A stretch of DNA of 64,000 bases from a virus (Duplodnaviria > Caudoviricetes). The DNA is taken from IMG/VR virus record IMGVR_UViG_3300006467_000134, positions 41,609 through 105,608 of that record. One strand, written 5' to 3'. How positions within the stretch are numbered: position 1 is the stretch's first letter; every line of letters begins with the position of its first letter. Under the pieces are notes generated by a model that was not told where the DNA came from, searched no databases, and saw only the letters and a list, made by a program, of their open reading frames with translations. Below, piece after piece: positions 1-9,755 of this stretch. A program made the position numbers and the translations under genes.

Positions 1-1293
1 AACGTTGGTCGTGGCGAAATCACGTTCCATCAGTCGTTCGAAGATTTCTGTGGCTCGATCATAAGTGATTGCATCGCCGTAAATACAACCAACATGTGGA
101 TCCAGCTCTTTGAAACCTTTGGAATTGAAGGTAGTACCAAACTCTTCAGCCAGTAGGCGGACAACTCCCTTAATCTCAGGCTCTTTGATTTCTCGTCCTT
201 CCAATGTCACGTAGCCATCGGAACACTTCATAGCGTCTGCCCGATAGTGAATCAAAGACAGGTAAAGATCCTGGTCTTTCTTCAACTCTCGTCGAGCTTC
301 CTCGCAGGTTCCATCGTAATCCATAGTACGATATCCGCACAGGATTAGTACTGGATCGCCAGAATCAGGTCGGAAGACGACTTTCCCGTCTCGCTTCATG
401 ATCTTGTCCTTCAGGTGAGGGGCAATCTCAAGCAGCACTTTCCAAAGGTCCCACGTATCGATGACAATACTGATGAAACCTTCTGGATAAAGCTCCGAGA
501 TCAGTCGATCTACAGTGTGGAGCTCGTTTACCTTACCACCAGCACACATCACGGCATGTTCAGTCGCTGGCACGGAAACAGACGTATCCCGGGGAGCCTT
601 GTACCAGTGCCGAACCGCGGCCTTACCTGGTAGAGTGTCACTGCCTTTGAAGAACAACAGGTGACCCATGTCAGTGGTAATCGAAGATTCCACACTGCTC
701 ATACCACGCATCGAGAAGTTGTGCCCTTGGAAGGGAACAAAATCAGGGTTGCCAGTACGCTCAGCATAGTCACTCATCAGCTCCCAGAAACGACGAGCAA
801 TGGTAGCCGCTGTGATTGGGTTCCAAATAGTATTCTGACATACGGTTTCAATCGCATTGGTTAACCAGCCAAAGTTTGGATCAGTATTCTCAATAGTAGC
901 CAGTGGAACACCAATTGGACACAATACGCCTTCGGGAAGAGCCTTGATACGAAGTGGGAGGTACCCCAGGTCATGGAGTTCACCATAACGTGAGACGTCC
1001 ACAGCACCTGGTCCAAAGTACTCGTCGAAGTATTCTTTGAGCTCTGCCAGAACCCGGGCCTTTGGACGATCAAAGAAATTCGTGTTGAACTCAACTACCA
1101 AGTACTTCAGCATGAAATACTGTAGACCAAAGTTCACAACATGGTTCACACCTGGAATCCGGCTGGTACGAGGAGTAATGTTGGCATTTACGTACTCCGT
1201 GTTTTCCGGGTATTGTGGTGGGTGAGATATCTTGTAGGCATCTGCCAGAATGATTGGGTTGATGCGAAGGTCACTGTATTCAAATCGTGTCAT
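1..1293 (-). CDS. nadV: Nicotinamide phosphoribosyltransferase-like protein (Nampt / Namat-like), 3'-truncated by the window edge
   Basis: Not in the ORF track; translated by hand from ATG 1293: MTRFEYSDLRINPIILADAYKISHPPQYPENTEYV...LHDLGYLPLRIKALPEG...QGHNFSMRGMSSVES...VPATEHAVM...VVFRPDSGDP...YGDAIT. These are NAMPT family motifs. ATGA overlap with the upstream Prs-like gene. Confidence 0.93.
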   Translation of the reverse strand, partial: MTRFEYSDLRINPIILADAYKISHPPQYPENTEYVNANITPRTSRIPGVNHVVNFGLQYFMLKYLVVEFNTNFFDRPKARVLAELKEYFDEYFGPGAVDVSRYGELHDLGYLPLRIKALPEGVLCPIGVPLATIENTDPNFGWLTNAIETVCQNTIWNPITAATIARRFWELMSDYAERTGNPDFVPFQGHNFSMRGMSSVESSITTDMGHLLFFKGSDTLPGKAAVRHWYKAPRDTSVSVPATEHAVMCAGGKVNELHTVDRLISELYPEGFISIVIDTWDLWKVLLEIAPHLKDKIMKRDGKVVFRPDSGDPVLILCGYRTMDYDGTCEEARRELKKDQDLYLSLIHYRADAMKCSDGYVTLEGREIKEPEIKGVVRLLAEEFGTTFNSKGFKELDPHVGCIYGDAITYDRATEIFERLMERDFATTNV

Positions 1294-2066
1294 TTGACTT
1301 CTCCAAAGCGAGTGTAAATTTTGGTGATTCCAGCTTCCCGCAAAGGCTCCAAACCTTTGGAGAAAATACCGTGGGTAACGTACAGTCCTACTTCCCAAAC
1401 ATTGTAAACTCTGTGTAGGAGTTTTGCAGATTCAATGAATGTTCGTCCGCCGTCACAAATATCGTCAACAATCAGAATTCTTTTTGTCCAATGCCCATCT
1501 TGAGGACTAGCGGTCTCAGACTCCACTGTTAGGTTCAAGATCGCTCCGGTGGAAGGATCTCGCATCTTTCCAAGCACTACCTTTGGTTTGTCCACCAAGT
1601 GACTGTAGCGAATGGCTGCAGTCTTATCAGGGAAGCAAAAGGCAGTGGGTTCAAATTCCTCAGTAGGAATAACCGGTGGTACGTCAATAAGAACCAGTCC
1701 ATACTCTCCATAAGGGAAGCTGGGATTGTGAACATCTTGGGTGTAGATTGTACGGTATCCCACAGCGTATAAGCAGGTCAGAAAGGTGTGCAAACCAAAC
1801 GTTGCTTGATTACTGACTGCCTTGTCCTGGCGGGAATACGGTAGAAACGGTACATCTAGGACAGCGTACCCATGATGGAAACTTAGTAGCTGTCCTAACT
1901 GATAGATGAAGGGAAGCTCTCCCTCATCCAAGGGAAAATCGAAACTCCACCTGACGTATGGATAAATATCCATAATATTTGGGATCTTCCAAGCCTGACA
2001 GGTTCCATCAGGAAACTTGGTGGGTTCCACAACAATGTTGTTGTCAGCCGCTCCTACCGTAATCAT
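1290..2066 (-). CDS. prs: Ribose-phosphate pyrophosphokinase-like protein (Prs / Adps-like)
   Basis: KFPDG, PFLPYSRQDK, DVHN, FPDKTA and the PRT loop ILIVDDICDGGRTF, LYVTHGIFSKG. Confidence 0.92.
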   Translation of the reverse strand: MITVGAADNNIVVEPTKFPDGTCQAWKIPNIMDIYPYVRWSFDFPLDEGELPFIYQLGQLLSFHHGYAVLDVPFLPYSRQDKAVSNQATFGLHTFLTCLYAVGYRTIYTQDVHNPSFPYGEYGLVLIDVPPVIPTEEFEPTAFCFPDKTAAIRYSHLVDKPKVVLGKMRDPSTGAILNLTVESETASPQDGHWTKRILIVDDICDGGRTFIESAKLLHRVYNVWEVGLYVTHGIFSKGLEPLREAGITKIYTRFGEVK

Positions 2067-2067
2067 A

Positions 2068-2796
2068 TCATTCCTCTACAATCTGGAGTTTGACACCGAA
2101 CGCCCGTTCGATAAAGCCAATGTTTGCTTTGAGACTCTGATTGTACTCTTCAACATTGTCACTTGTCAACATCGTTGCACATAAAAACTCCAATTTTCCG
2201 GAATCTGACTCAATACCATGGACTTTCTCGATGATAGTGAACGTTTTTTCCAGTAATTGGTGCTGTCCTTCAGTCAAAGCGAACTTGTGTTTCACCCACT
2301 TTACGTCCTCTTCGTCAGAGGAGCTCTTCGGTTTTGCCGATTCTTCGTCAGCGTCGTGGATAATTTCCTTCAACTTAGTCTGGGTGTTCTGTTCGGCAAT
2401 GTCAAGCATCTCATCAACATTGTCCTGGTCCACCCGGGGTAGAAGCATTTTCAGCTTACCCCAGCCAACACTATTGATACGTTCTTCAGGCTGGCCGAGT
2501 TTTAGAACAAATGTCTCGTAAATACGAATGAAGGTAGAAGTAGACGTGCGGTCGTAGTTGTGTTCAATAAACGCATACTGTTCCACACTGGTGAAATTTT
2601 TAGTTTCTCCGTCTTCCTCGTAGGTCCACTGCTTGTAATATTCCTTCTCCCGGACCTCATAGAGAAGGTGACCCAACGCCACATTGGTTAGGTCTTTAAC
2701 CTGACGCAGCTTCACCAAGGCTTCCCGAATAGCATCAGGTCGGTGCTCACTATCTTCAGGTAAGGTTACTAGTTCATTCAAGTTCATCGTCGTCAT
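2068..2796 (-). CDS. Hypothetical protein, DUF3102-like helical domain
   Basis: LGHLLYEVREKEYYKQW...FTSVEQY...IRIYETF pattern; ATG 2796 preceded by GGAGGA. Confidence 0.6.
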   Translation of the reverse strand: MTTMNLNELVTLPEDSEHRPDAIREALVKLRQVKDLTNVALGHLLYEVREKEYYKQWTYEEDGETKNFTSVEQYAFIEHNYDRTSTSTFIRIYETFVLKLGQPEERINSVGWGKLKMLLPRVDQDNVDEMLDIAEQNTQTKLKEIIHDADEESAKPKSSSDEEDVKWVKHKFALTEGQHQLLEKTFTIIEKVHGIESDSGKLEFLCATMLTSDNVEEYNQSLKANIGFIERAFGVKLQIVEE

Positions 2797-3058
2797 CCGA
2801 TTCTTCCTCCAGAGTCGCAAAAGTGTCATACCCTAAAAGACGGTCCAGCTGGAAGTAGATTACCATGGCCGCCTGACCAGTGAGTAACTTGACATCCAAA
2901 ACTTCACCATCGTTGTCATAGGTCACAAGACCAAAGACGTTGTAGTCGATACCATCCATCGAATCGATCCCCACTACCACAAGATCAACATTGTTGTACA
3001 ACATTACCTTGTTTTGGGGATCTAGTGCTTTCTGGAGGTACTGGTTAATTTTTTTCAT
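2774..3058 (-). CDS. Hypothetical protein
   Basis: 94 aa ORF overlapping both neighbours in the operon. Confidence 0.7.
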   Translation of the reverse strand: MKKINQYLQKALDPQNKVMLYNNVDLVVVGIDSMDGIDYNVFGLVTYDNDGEVLDVKLLTGQAAMVIYFQLDRLLGYDTFATLEEESDDDDELE

Positions 3059-3401
3059 GGGCTGCTACTGCCTCCTCAATGTATTCAATCGCCAGGTCAG
3101 GACGATCCAAGGTTTCCTTGGCGTTGAGTAGAAGAACTACATAGCCTGCAGTAACCGCGGAACGATACTTAACGATATCATTGGCATGGCTCTTTGCACT
3201 ACCACCATGACCATAGCCAGAGCCTTGAACTTCGATAAGGATGTTGGTTCCTTTTATCAGGTAGTCAAAAACCCAACGCCGATGTGAGTTGTAGTTTAGC
3301 TCGTCCACCAGGTCTTTGAATTTGACTTGTTCAATAAGGTAACCTTCGCCAAAGTGGTTCTTAGCCGCTTCGGTTAAGGCAGCCTCTGCTTTACTTGGCA
3401 C
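3045..3401 (-). CDS. Vsr/DUF559-like PD-(D/E)XK endonuclease
   Basis: RRWVFDY...ILIEVQGSGYGH...DIVKYRSAVTAGYVVL. Confidence 0.75.
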   Translation of the reverse strand: MPSKAEAALTEAAKNHFGEGYLIEQVKFKDLVDELNYNSHRRWVFDYLIKGTNILIEVQGSGYGHGGSAKSHANDIVKYRSAVTAGYVVLLLNAKETLDRPDLAIEYIEEAVAAHEKN

Positions 3402-3723
3402 GAATTTTCTCCCACTGCTGGTAGACTCGATTTATAAAGGTAAAGGAAACTGGTTCCTTCCACTCCAGTATAGCGTCGTCATTATTAGGATTTAAGGTCC
3501 CAATCAACTTACCTTCGAGAAGAATCTTGTAAGTATCGGGAAGATGCTCGCATTTTTCCAACACTGGTTCTGGATTGCAGGTGCAGTAGCTCATCTCTGT
3601 CATACCAGGTCCAATCAACAATCCATCGAAGTCCAAACAAAAATGCCAGCCCTTGCTCATCTCGCCGACTGTAAGACATTCGTCCTGGTTTTCTATTAGA
3701 GAAAAGTACCTAAAATCATCCAT
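3391..3723 (-). CDS. Hypothetical protein
   Basis: Likely start ATG 3723 (MDDFRY), overlapping the upstream stop; fills the operon gap. Confidence 0.6.
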   Translation of the reverse strand: MDDFRYFSLIENQDECLTVGEMSKGWHFCLDFDGLLIGPGMTEMSYCTCNPEPVLEKCEHLPDTYKILLEGKLIGTLNPNNDDAILEWKEPVSFTFINRVYQQWEKIRAK

Positions 3724-4525
3724 TCCAATTTTCCCACACTGGTTTATTCTCACGCTTCTCAGCCAACCAATCTTTGAAGGACATCCCGAGCAGTTGTTCT
3801 TCAGTCTGCCCGTCTTCAAGTGGAAGTGTCTCGTTCTCGATTGCCTGGAATACTGTGGTTGAGAGAGCTGTTGCTGCATTCCAATACATCTCTTCACCCG
3901 GATACCAGAGTGTTCGCATGTTCAACGAACCTTTGTCAATCAACAGGAATAGTGTTCCCTCTTTGTCGATGATCTTCTGGGTGATAGACGCCTGCGACTT
4001 GTAGCCCGGCATGAGATCAGACGCAGTTTTGGTTTGTTGAAACTTGTCAGAACCCATCGTCTTGATTTCCAGATGGAGAAGCTCACCTGGATCCTCTGGC
4101 AGTTCCTTCGGTGTTGTTGCTCCCAAGGCCTTCATGAAGTCTTTGGCCAACAATCCGTCTAATCTACCTGAGAACCTGTACAAAGGATCGAAGATTCGAA
4201 TTTCTTTGTACTTGGGAGTATCGTACTGTGGAAATAGTACGCCTGCAGCATGAAGCTTTTCCTGAACATACTCATGAACCACATTACCAATCGTGGTGTG
4301 AAGCATACTGGTCCAGGTTTGGTTCCATGGTTTTGGATCCCAGTAGTCCAAAACAAACTGGGTTGCTGTGTTGTAGTAGATACCAGACAGCCACAGGTTG
4401 TCTCGGCGAAACTTGTCACCTGGATCTTCCTGGGTAGTCAAAACACGTTTAATCTCTGCAGCTGTTACAGGAGCCAACTTACGCTTCTGCTTTTCCTTTT
4501 GCTTATAGACATCACCAAATGCCAT
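3716..4525 (-). CDS. PD-(D/E)XK exonuclease (Cas4/RecB-like)
   Basis: IGNVVHEYVQ, FSGRLDGLL, HLEIKT, YKSQ motifs; start 4525 overlaps the NUDIX stop. Confidence 0.75.
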   Translation of the reverse strand: MAFGDVYKQKEKQKRKLAPVTAAEIKRVLTTQEDPGDKFRRDNLWLSGIYYNTATQFVLDYWDPKPWNQTWTSMLHTTIGNVVHEYVQEKLHAAGVLFPQYDTPKYKEIRIFDPLYRFSGRLDGLLAKDFMKALGATTPKELPEDPGELLHLEIKTMGSDKFQQTKTASDLMPGYKSQASITQKIIDKEGTLFLLIDKGSLNMRTLWYPGEEMYWNAATALSTTVFQAIENETLPLEDGQTEEQLLGMSFKDWLAEKRENKPVWENWNG

Positions 4526-5142
4526 TACAGTCCCCTCTCGATTAGAATCTGTGACCAACTTTCGTACTTGTCTTTGTTAGCCATAATGTTTTCAACACTG
4601 TCCCAGCCGGCATCACCAAGATCTGCCTCATGTGTTTTCAATTCGGGATTCGTGCACACTACGGCGAATACCAATCCCAGGTGTACTTCACCGACTTCGT
4701 CGGAGTTATCGTTGATCACATCAATTGCTGGAGTGATTCGATAATTCCTGACGTCTCCTATGCTGATCTGAAGCTCTTCCCACAATTCTCGTTGTAGTCC
4801 ATTGTAGAATGTGTCTCGGAAGCTTCCGTCATAGTCACTTTGGTTGATGTGGCCGCCAAACCCAAGGCTGTATTTTTTGTGAAGCCTCTGTTCACCACCA
4901 CCTTTACCCCGTTGGTACCGGAAGTACTGGTTATCATGTACTAAAACAATGTATGGGATTAGTTGTTTGAACTCAGGGGCTTTTTCGGCAAACTCTCGGG
5001 GCATGAAGGTAGTCATACCGCTATTGAGCAGTTGATTTACGATTCCAACAGCCCGATCCTTATCGTTGGTGACTTTTACTGCGTCATCCAAAACTTCGTT
5101 GACAAACTGCGTTGGTACAACCAGCACTTGTTCATCGCTCAT
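4525..5142 (-). CDS. NUDIX-family phosphoesterase
   Basis: KQLIPY...RGKGGGEQRLHKKYSLGFGGHIN...GLQRELWEEL...VGEVHLG...YESWS. Confidence 0.85.
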   Translation of the reverse strand: MSDEQVLVVPTQFVNEVLDDAVKVTNDKDRAVGIVNQLLNSGMTTFMPREFAEKAPEFKQLIPYIVLVHDNQYFRYQRGKGGGEQRLHKKYSLGFGGHINQSDYDGSFRDTFYNGLQRELWEELQISIGDVRNYRITPAIDVINDNSDEVGEVHLGLVFAVVCTNPELKTHEADLGDAGWDSVENIMANKDKYESWSQILIERGL

Positions 5143-5482
5143 TAATCAGTTCCTCAAAATCTACCTGAGGCATCATCACCCAGGTTCCTGGTGTTCCAAA
5201 AGGCGGACTTTCCAACTGCAGAAGTAGTCCTGGTCGTTTGCCGGCTTCCCGGGCTTCTCTGTTAATCTTGGCTAGTTGTGTAGCAGAAATTGTCAACGAA
5301 TACCTGCAGGTGTACTTACTATCGAGAAGGAAGTCTTTTACTCGAATGTCACCTTTCTGAGCAGGAAGAGCACCAGAAAGGGGGACTCTCGTCCCCCCAA
5401 GATCCTGTGCTTGTTTTTGTTCCCGCCTGTTGGCATCGGTCTTTCGATCTCTACTCGGTCCCAGCTTCCCTTTCTTCGTCAT
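5132..5482 (-). CDS. Holliday junction resolvase-like (Hjc-type) nuclease
   Basis: REQKQAQDLGGTRVPLSGA...KGDI...LLDSKYT; adjacent to RecA; GGAGGA before ATG 5482. Confidence 0.7.
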   Translation of the reverse strand: MTKKGKLGPSRDRKTDANRREQKQAQDLGGTRVPLSGALPAQKGDIRVKDFLLDSKYTCRYSLTISATQLAKINREAREAGKRPGLLLQLESPPFGTPGTWVMMPQVDFEELINER

Positions 5483-6539
5483 CTGGTCCTCCAGTAATGA
5501 GAGAATAGACCATTGAGCGAACGTACGCATAAAAGGCTGGGTCGTTCATACGGTCCTTGAAGTCATCCTGAACTCGGTATTCCTCACCCAAGATATTCCA
5601 AACCTTCCCATCCTTGTAGCACCAGTTTGCCTGGCTTTTTACGATGTTCCACAAAGTCTTTTGATTGTCAACATATCCGGCAGGATGTCCATCAACAGGC
5701 TGTGTAGCCATGTCGAAGCTAAACACTGCTTTTGGTCTGGCAGTCTTATTCTTATGAAGTAGACCGCCAAAGGTTCCCATACCAAAGTTCTTTGTTCCAT
5801 CCTTCTGTAGGTTACCTCTGTTCATGTAGGTAATCGTAGACGAATAGAAGATCTGACCATTGCCTCCCGGAATAGTTCTTGGGTCGCCCATCATTGTGAT
5901 CTTATGGCGAAACTGATTCAATCCGATAAGGGTTGTGTTAAGCCATGGAGTATCTTTCTGCTTGGCATCAATACCAGCTTGGGTCCACTGACGATAGCCT
6001 TCATTCAAGACTCTGGCTCGTCCCCCTAGTCCAGCAGATTCTTCTGCCGAAATTTCGGTCTGCTTTTTACTCATCACTGGTTCCCACGAGTCGCCAATGA
6101 TTAGAGATACTCGCCGGCCTAGAATGATGTTCTTGACAATGTCAATTAACTGCTCACCAAAGGACGGCTGAATCACAATGAAGTGATCCTCATGGTTTCG
6201 TCCACAAAGAACACCGTTCGCCCGAGCCCACTCTTCGTCGAAAGTGTTTTCAAGGTCAACAAAGGCTACTTTACAGGGATCGGAATAACTGGCATCGAAC
6301 TTTCCAGTCTGCCGGTTAATCTTCTGAACCTCTGCCGCGGTTTTGAGAGCCAAGGTGGTTTTAGCACTAGATTCCCAACCAACAATCAGATGATTCAATC
6401 CGGCTTTGAAGCCTCCTCCGAGAGCTTGATCATAGGCTACAACTCCCGAAGAAAACCGGAATCCTTCACTGGATTGGTCTAGGCGAACAGTGTCACCATA
6501 GGCTGTTCCAAGATCTTTTCGGAGATCGTCCAAGCTCAT
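5451..6539 (-). CDS. recA: RecA/UvsX-like recombinase
   Basis: SSGVVAYDQALGGG, GWESSAKTT (Walker A), FVDLENTFD, LIIGDS, LNQFRHKI, GDPRTIPGGNG. Confidence 0.9.
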   Translation of the reverse strand: MSLDDLRKDLGTAYGDTVRLDQSSEGFRFSSGVVAYDQALGGGFKAGLNHLIVGWESSAKTTLALKTAAEVQKINRQTGKFDASYSDPCKVAFVDLENTFDEEWARANGVLCGRNHEDHFIVIQPSFGEQLIDIVKNIILGRRVSLIIGDSWEPVMSKKQTEISAEESAGLGGRARVLNEGYRQWTQAGIDAKQKDTPWLNTTLIGLNQFRHKITMMGDPRTIPGGNGQIFYSSTITYMNRGNLQKDGTKNFGMGTFGGLLHKNKTARPKAVFSFDMATQPVDGHPAGYVDNQKTLWNIVKSQANWCYKDGKVWNILGEEYRVQDDFKDRMNDPAFYAYVRSMVYSLITGGPDDEEREAGTE

Positions 6540-6868
6540 TAAATAAGTCCTCGGTCTTTCAGAATCTGTTCAAACTCAGCCAACGTGGGTTCCAAGGCTG
6601 CCTCTACCTTAGCATTGGCGACCGCAGTAGCTGCATCGATTTCTTCTAAGTAGGAAGGAACGGTTACCATGACGTCAATACGAATACTATTGAAGTCACC
6701 CAGATTTTTGGTTAGGCCTGCCTTTACGCTCACGGACGCTGTTGGTACATCTTGGAATGTAAAGACTTCCACTTTCTCCGAATCATCCTCAAAGGTGTCC
6801 AGGACCTTACCGTAGCTCGTTTTGGTGTAAACTCGTTCTACGGACAATTTACTTGGGATTTCTTTCAT
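6539..6868 (-). CDS. Hypothetical protein
   Basis: 109 aa ORF with GLTKNLGDFNSIRIDV; translationally coupled to its neighbours. Confidence 0.75.
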   Translation of the reverse strand: MKEIPSKLSVERVYTKTSYGKVLDTFEDDSEKVEVFTFQDVPTASVSVKAGLTKNLGDFNSIRIDVMVTVPSYLEEIDAATAVANAKVEAALEPTLAEFEQILKDRGLI

Positions 6869-8163
6869 AACTTCCTTTCTTTGAAGCCGAGACCGGCAAA
6901 CTGCTTTCGTATCTTCCAGCTAATGGCAATGAGATAATCAGTTTGCACAATAGGGTATAGAACGTAGGGAGCCCGCTTGTCTTTGTTTTTGCGGGTTATC
7001 CTACCGGCGACCTGCTCAATATCGCCAAAGGGGGTACAACAGACCAGCGTGTCTAGCTCTGGGAGATCTACACCCTCGGCAAACTTTCGTTCTGTTGACA
7101 GAATAATTGGGTAATCGCGTAACTTGTCTTTATCGCTTTTCTTGGTTTTACCTGAGTACATTATAGAGTTTAGCCCACGGGAATCAAGGGCTATTTCCAA
7201 TAGTTCAAGTTGTCGAGTCCGGTGGCTGATTACAAGAACCTTTCGCCCGGCTTCCACCATCTTGGCAATATGGCTACAAAGCAACCAATTGTACTCTTCG
7301 TTCTCGGCAAGTACTGTCAGATATTTCGAGTGATTGACTTTCCCCCGATGTTTTACCTCATCTTCATCAATCTTCAGGTTGACTGGAAGAAACGAGACAT
7401 ATCGGTTCTTTTCTTGATTCTTGTCTTTAAACTTCTGGCCAACAGGACCCATGTGAACCTGCCAAACTCTATCCAGTTTGTCGCGTCGTCTCCAGGTAGC
7501 ACTTACTCCCAATCGGTACATTGAGGGGATTTTCTTAAGAATATTTTGAATAGTGTCACAGGGACTGTGGTGACCTTCATCAAATATTGTCAATCCGAAG
7601 TGCTCAAGAAATCCTGGAGGTAGGCTTCCTAGCTTGGGTCCGAGGCTCTGCATCGTCGCTACGGCTACAGGCTTCTGCCAGTCCCACTTTTCAATATCCC
7701 CCTGGATAATCCCCCAATCAACACCGAAGAGCTTCTCAGCGGTATCCCCCCACTGATCGATCAAGCTGGATTGATTTACAATCACCAGTGCATTTGTAGA
7801 CAGCCTCTCGGCAACATGAATACCAATGAAAGTCTTACCAAATCCAGTATGAGCCCACAGTAGGTGCGATCCATGGTTTTCCATGCCGGCCATGCACTGC
7901 TGGACTGCCTCCCATTGTTGGTCGCGATACTCGTGTTCCAAGTTTGGCCAGGCTACAATTGGGCAGGAGGCAAGGTTACGCCCCTGTAGACCTTGCCTAC
8001 GTGCCCAGTATACTGGAAGCCCAATCATATTGTCCTGGAGCTCCCAACAATCAACTATCTTATCTCCGACAAAGTCGGATCCAGTAACACGCAGCTCTTT
8101 CTTGATGAACCGCATATCAACATTTTTTTGCTCGGTCCAATATAGACCTTCGTAGTAGCTCAT
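6865..8163 (-). CDS. Superfamily 2 DNA helicase (UvsW/ResIII-like)
   Basis: AHTGFGKT, IFDEGHH, GVSAT, EGVDLPELD, EQVAGRITR. Confidence 0.92.
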   Translation of the reverse strand: MSYYEGLYWTEQKNVDMRFIKKELRVTGSDFVGDKIVDCWELQDNMIGLPVYWARRQGLQGRNLASCPIVAWPNLEHEYRDQQWEAVQQCMAGMENHGSHLLWAHTGFGKTFIGIHVAERLSTNALVIVNQSSLIDQWGDTAEKLFGVDWGIIQGDIEKWDWQKPVAVATMQSLGPKLGSLPPGFLEHFGLTIFDEGHHSPCDTIQNILKKIPSMYRLGVSATWRRRDKLDRVWQVHMGPVGQKFKDKNQEKNRYVSFLPVNLKIDEDEVKHRGKVNHSKYLTVLAENEEYNWLLCSHIAKMVEAGRKVLVISHRTRQLELLEIALDSRGLNSIMYSGKTKKSDKDKLRDYPIILSTERKFAEGVDLPELDTLVCCTPFGDIEQVAGRITRKNKDKRAPYVLYPIVQTDYLIAISWKIRKQFAGLGFKERKL

Positions 8164-8357
8164 TTTGACAGATCACTAATTTCAAAGATTTCCTGGCTCT
8201 TATGTAGAAGTGTTGGTAGACAATTCGAACATAAAAACTGAAGTGTTCTCTTGTTATTGCTTAACACCCGAACGGTGTCATCCACTTTGTAGCATTTTTC
8301 GCACTGGGGTCCACTGTAGTAAGGAACACACTTATAGGTAGTGCTTTTTGTTTTCAT
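8160..8357 (-). CDS. Small Zn-ribbon protein
   Basis: CEKC...CSNC, 65 aa, overlaps neighbours. Confidence 0.55.
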   Translation of the reverse strand: MKTKSTTYKCVPYYSGPQCEKCYKVDDTVRVLSNNKRTLQFLCSNCLPTLLHKSQEIFEISDLSK

Positions 8358-8862
8358 TTCGGACTTCCAATGGAATAGACTCTAATCCCAAACCGTCAGC
8401 CACTCCCTGTGGATCGGTAATCAATGATTCGTAGGTAACAGTTAGTACTCTGTCATGCCGAATCACGGGATAGATGAAGGAAAGAGCTCGTGCTTGTTCT
8501 TTGTAGGCTTCACCTGTGTCTTTTACATGTTCCGCCTTTACCGCACTGGGTGCTGCAAACATACAAGAGCGTACCGTAACCACTACCCAGGGATCATATT
8601 GAAGATCCAAGGCTTTCTCGTATTGGTCGGCAAAAGCATTCCAGTCATTACCGTGAGGCACACTTCTGCGGATTACGATCTTCTCTTCGTTGATCGGGAT
8701 CGATGTAACATGTGGTTGTTGATGCCCATCACTACCCCAATAACCATTTCGTAGAAAGATCCTCGTCATTAGGCGAGTTCCACTGGATTCTGGGCCAAAA
8801 ACAAAGACTAGATCTTTTTCGCTTGCTTGCATTGGTATGTCCTTAAATGAAGAAAGCCCCAT
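8332..8862 (-). CDS. Sulfotransferase-family (P-loop) protein
   Basis: VFVFGPESSGTRLM (PAPS-binding loop), VVVTVR, VTYESLITDP. Confidence 0.65.
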   Translation of the reverse strand: MGLSSFKDIPMQASEKDLVFVFGPESSGTRLMTRIFLRNGYWGSDGHQQPHVTSIPINEEKIVIRRSVPHGNDWNAFADQYEKALDLQYDPWVVVTVRSCMFAAPSAVKAEHVKDTGEAYKEQARALSFIYPVIRHDRVLTVTYESLITDPQGVADGLGLESIPLEVRNENKKHYL

Positions 8863-8878
8863 TTCCTGGGGCTAGTGT

Positions 8879-9538
8879 TTAGAGTCGTCGTAAAACCTGT
8901 TTGACAATTGCATGTCTCATATTGTCGTCTTCTGTCATCTCGCAGGCTGCCACACCAGGACAACCATAAAGCCGCTCAATAACAGAAACGAATCCTGAGC
9001 CTTCTGCAATATCATTCTGGTCTGTGTCACCATTAACTACCATCTTTGAATTGAGGCCAATACGGCTCAAGAACATCTTAAGTTGTCCGTATGTGGCATT
9101 CTGAGCCTCATCCAAGATTACAAAAGAGTCATTGAAAGTTCGTCCCCTCATGTATGCTAGTGGTGCGAACTCAATAATCCCTTTACTCATCAAATAACGA
9201 ACTGTCTTGGGAGTCAGGATTGACTCAAGCTCCGTTCGTAGAGGAATCATGTAAGGATGTAGCTTCTCGTTTAGATCGCCAGGCAAAGCTCCAGTATCTT
9301 CATCCACCTGTACCAAGGGGCGAGTCAAGATAATGTGCTTCACCTTTCGGTTTGCCAGTGCCATGCAGGCCTGGTAGACTGCCAAAGCAGTTTTTCCAGT
9401 ACCTCCAGGTCCTGAACACAGAGTGATAGTCTCTTCCTGCATCGCTAGAACATATTCCGCATGATTTTCCGTACGGGGTTTCACCTTACGAAGCAGCGAA
9501 ATTGCATCGAGTTCTTCCGCATTTTCCGGTTTTGACAT
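8879..9538 (-). CDS. phoH: PhoH-like ATPase
   Basis: GPGGTGKT, LTRPLV, GALPGDLNEK, LAYMRGRTF, ILDEAQN, GDTDQND. Confidence 0.95.
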   Translation of the reverse strand: MSKPENAEELDAISLLRKVKPRTENHAEYVLAMQEETITLCSGPGGTGKTALAVYQACMALANRKVKHIILTRPLVQVDEDTGALPGDLNEKLHPYMIPLRTELESILTPKTVRYLMSKGIIEFAPLAYMRGRTFNDSFVILDEAQNATYGQLKMFLSRIGLNSKMVVNGDTDQNDIAEGSGFVSVIERLYGCPGVAACEMTEDDNMRHAIVKQVLRRL

Positions 9539-9548
9539 TCAACACTTT

Positions 9549-9755
9549 CTATTTTTTAAAGGCAAGTTCCAAAAGACTTAAGAATAGTACTACAGGCCAA
9601 ATCACAAACATAACAATTCTTATGAATAGTAGCATTCCTGTATCCTCTTCTCGTAGAGTACCCTGCTCTAAAGCATAACGAGCTGCAGCCTCTTGAAACA
9701 AGCCTCCGTAAATTGTATAGAGGACAATCGCGATCCCAATTAAAATTTCTGTCAT
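9549..9755 (-). CDS. Small membrane protein
   Basis: Two hydrophobic segments; ATGA-type coupling to the polA stop. Confidence 0.6.
   Translation of the reverse strand: MTEILIGIAIVLYTIYGGLFQEAAARYALEQGTLREEDTGMLLFIRIVMFVIWPVVLFLSLLELAFKK

Noticed and set aside
3716-4525. Cas4-like nuclease as part of a CRISPR system
   Set aside because: No array or other cas genes and no Fe-S cysteines; this is an ordinary phage recombination-module nuclease
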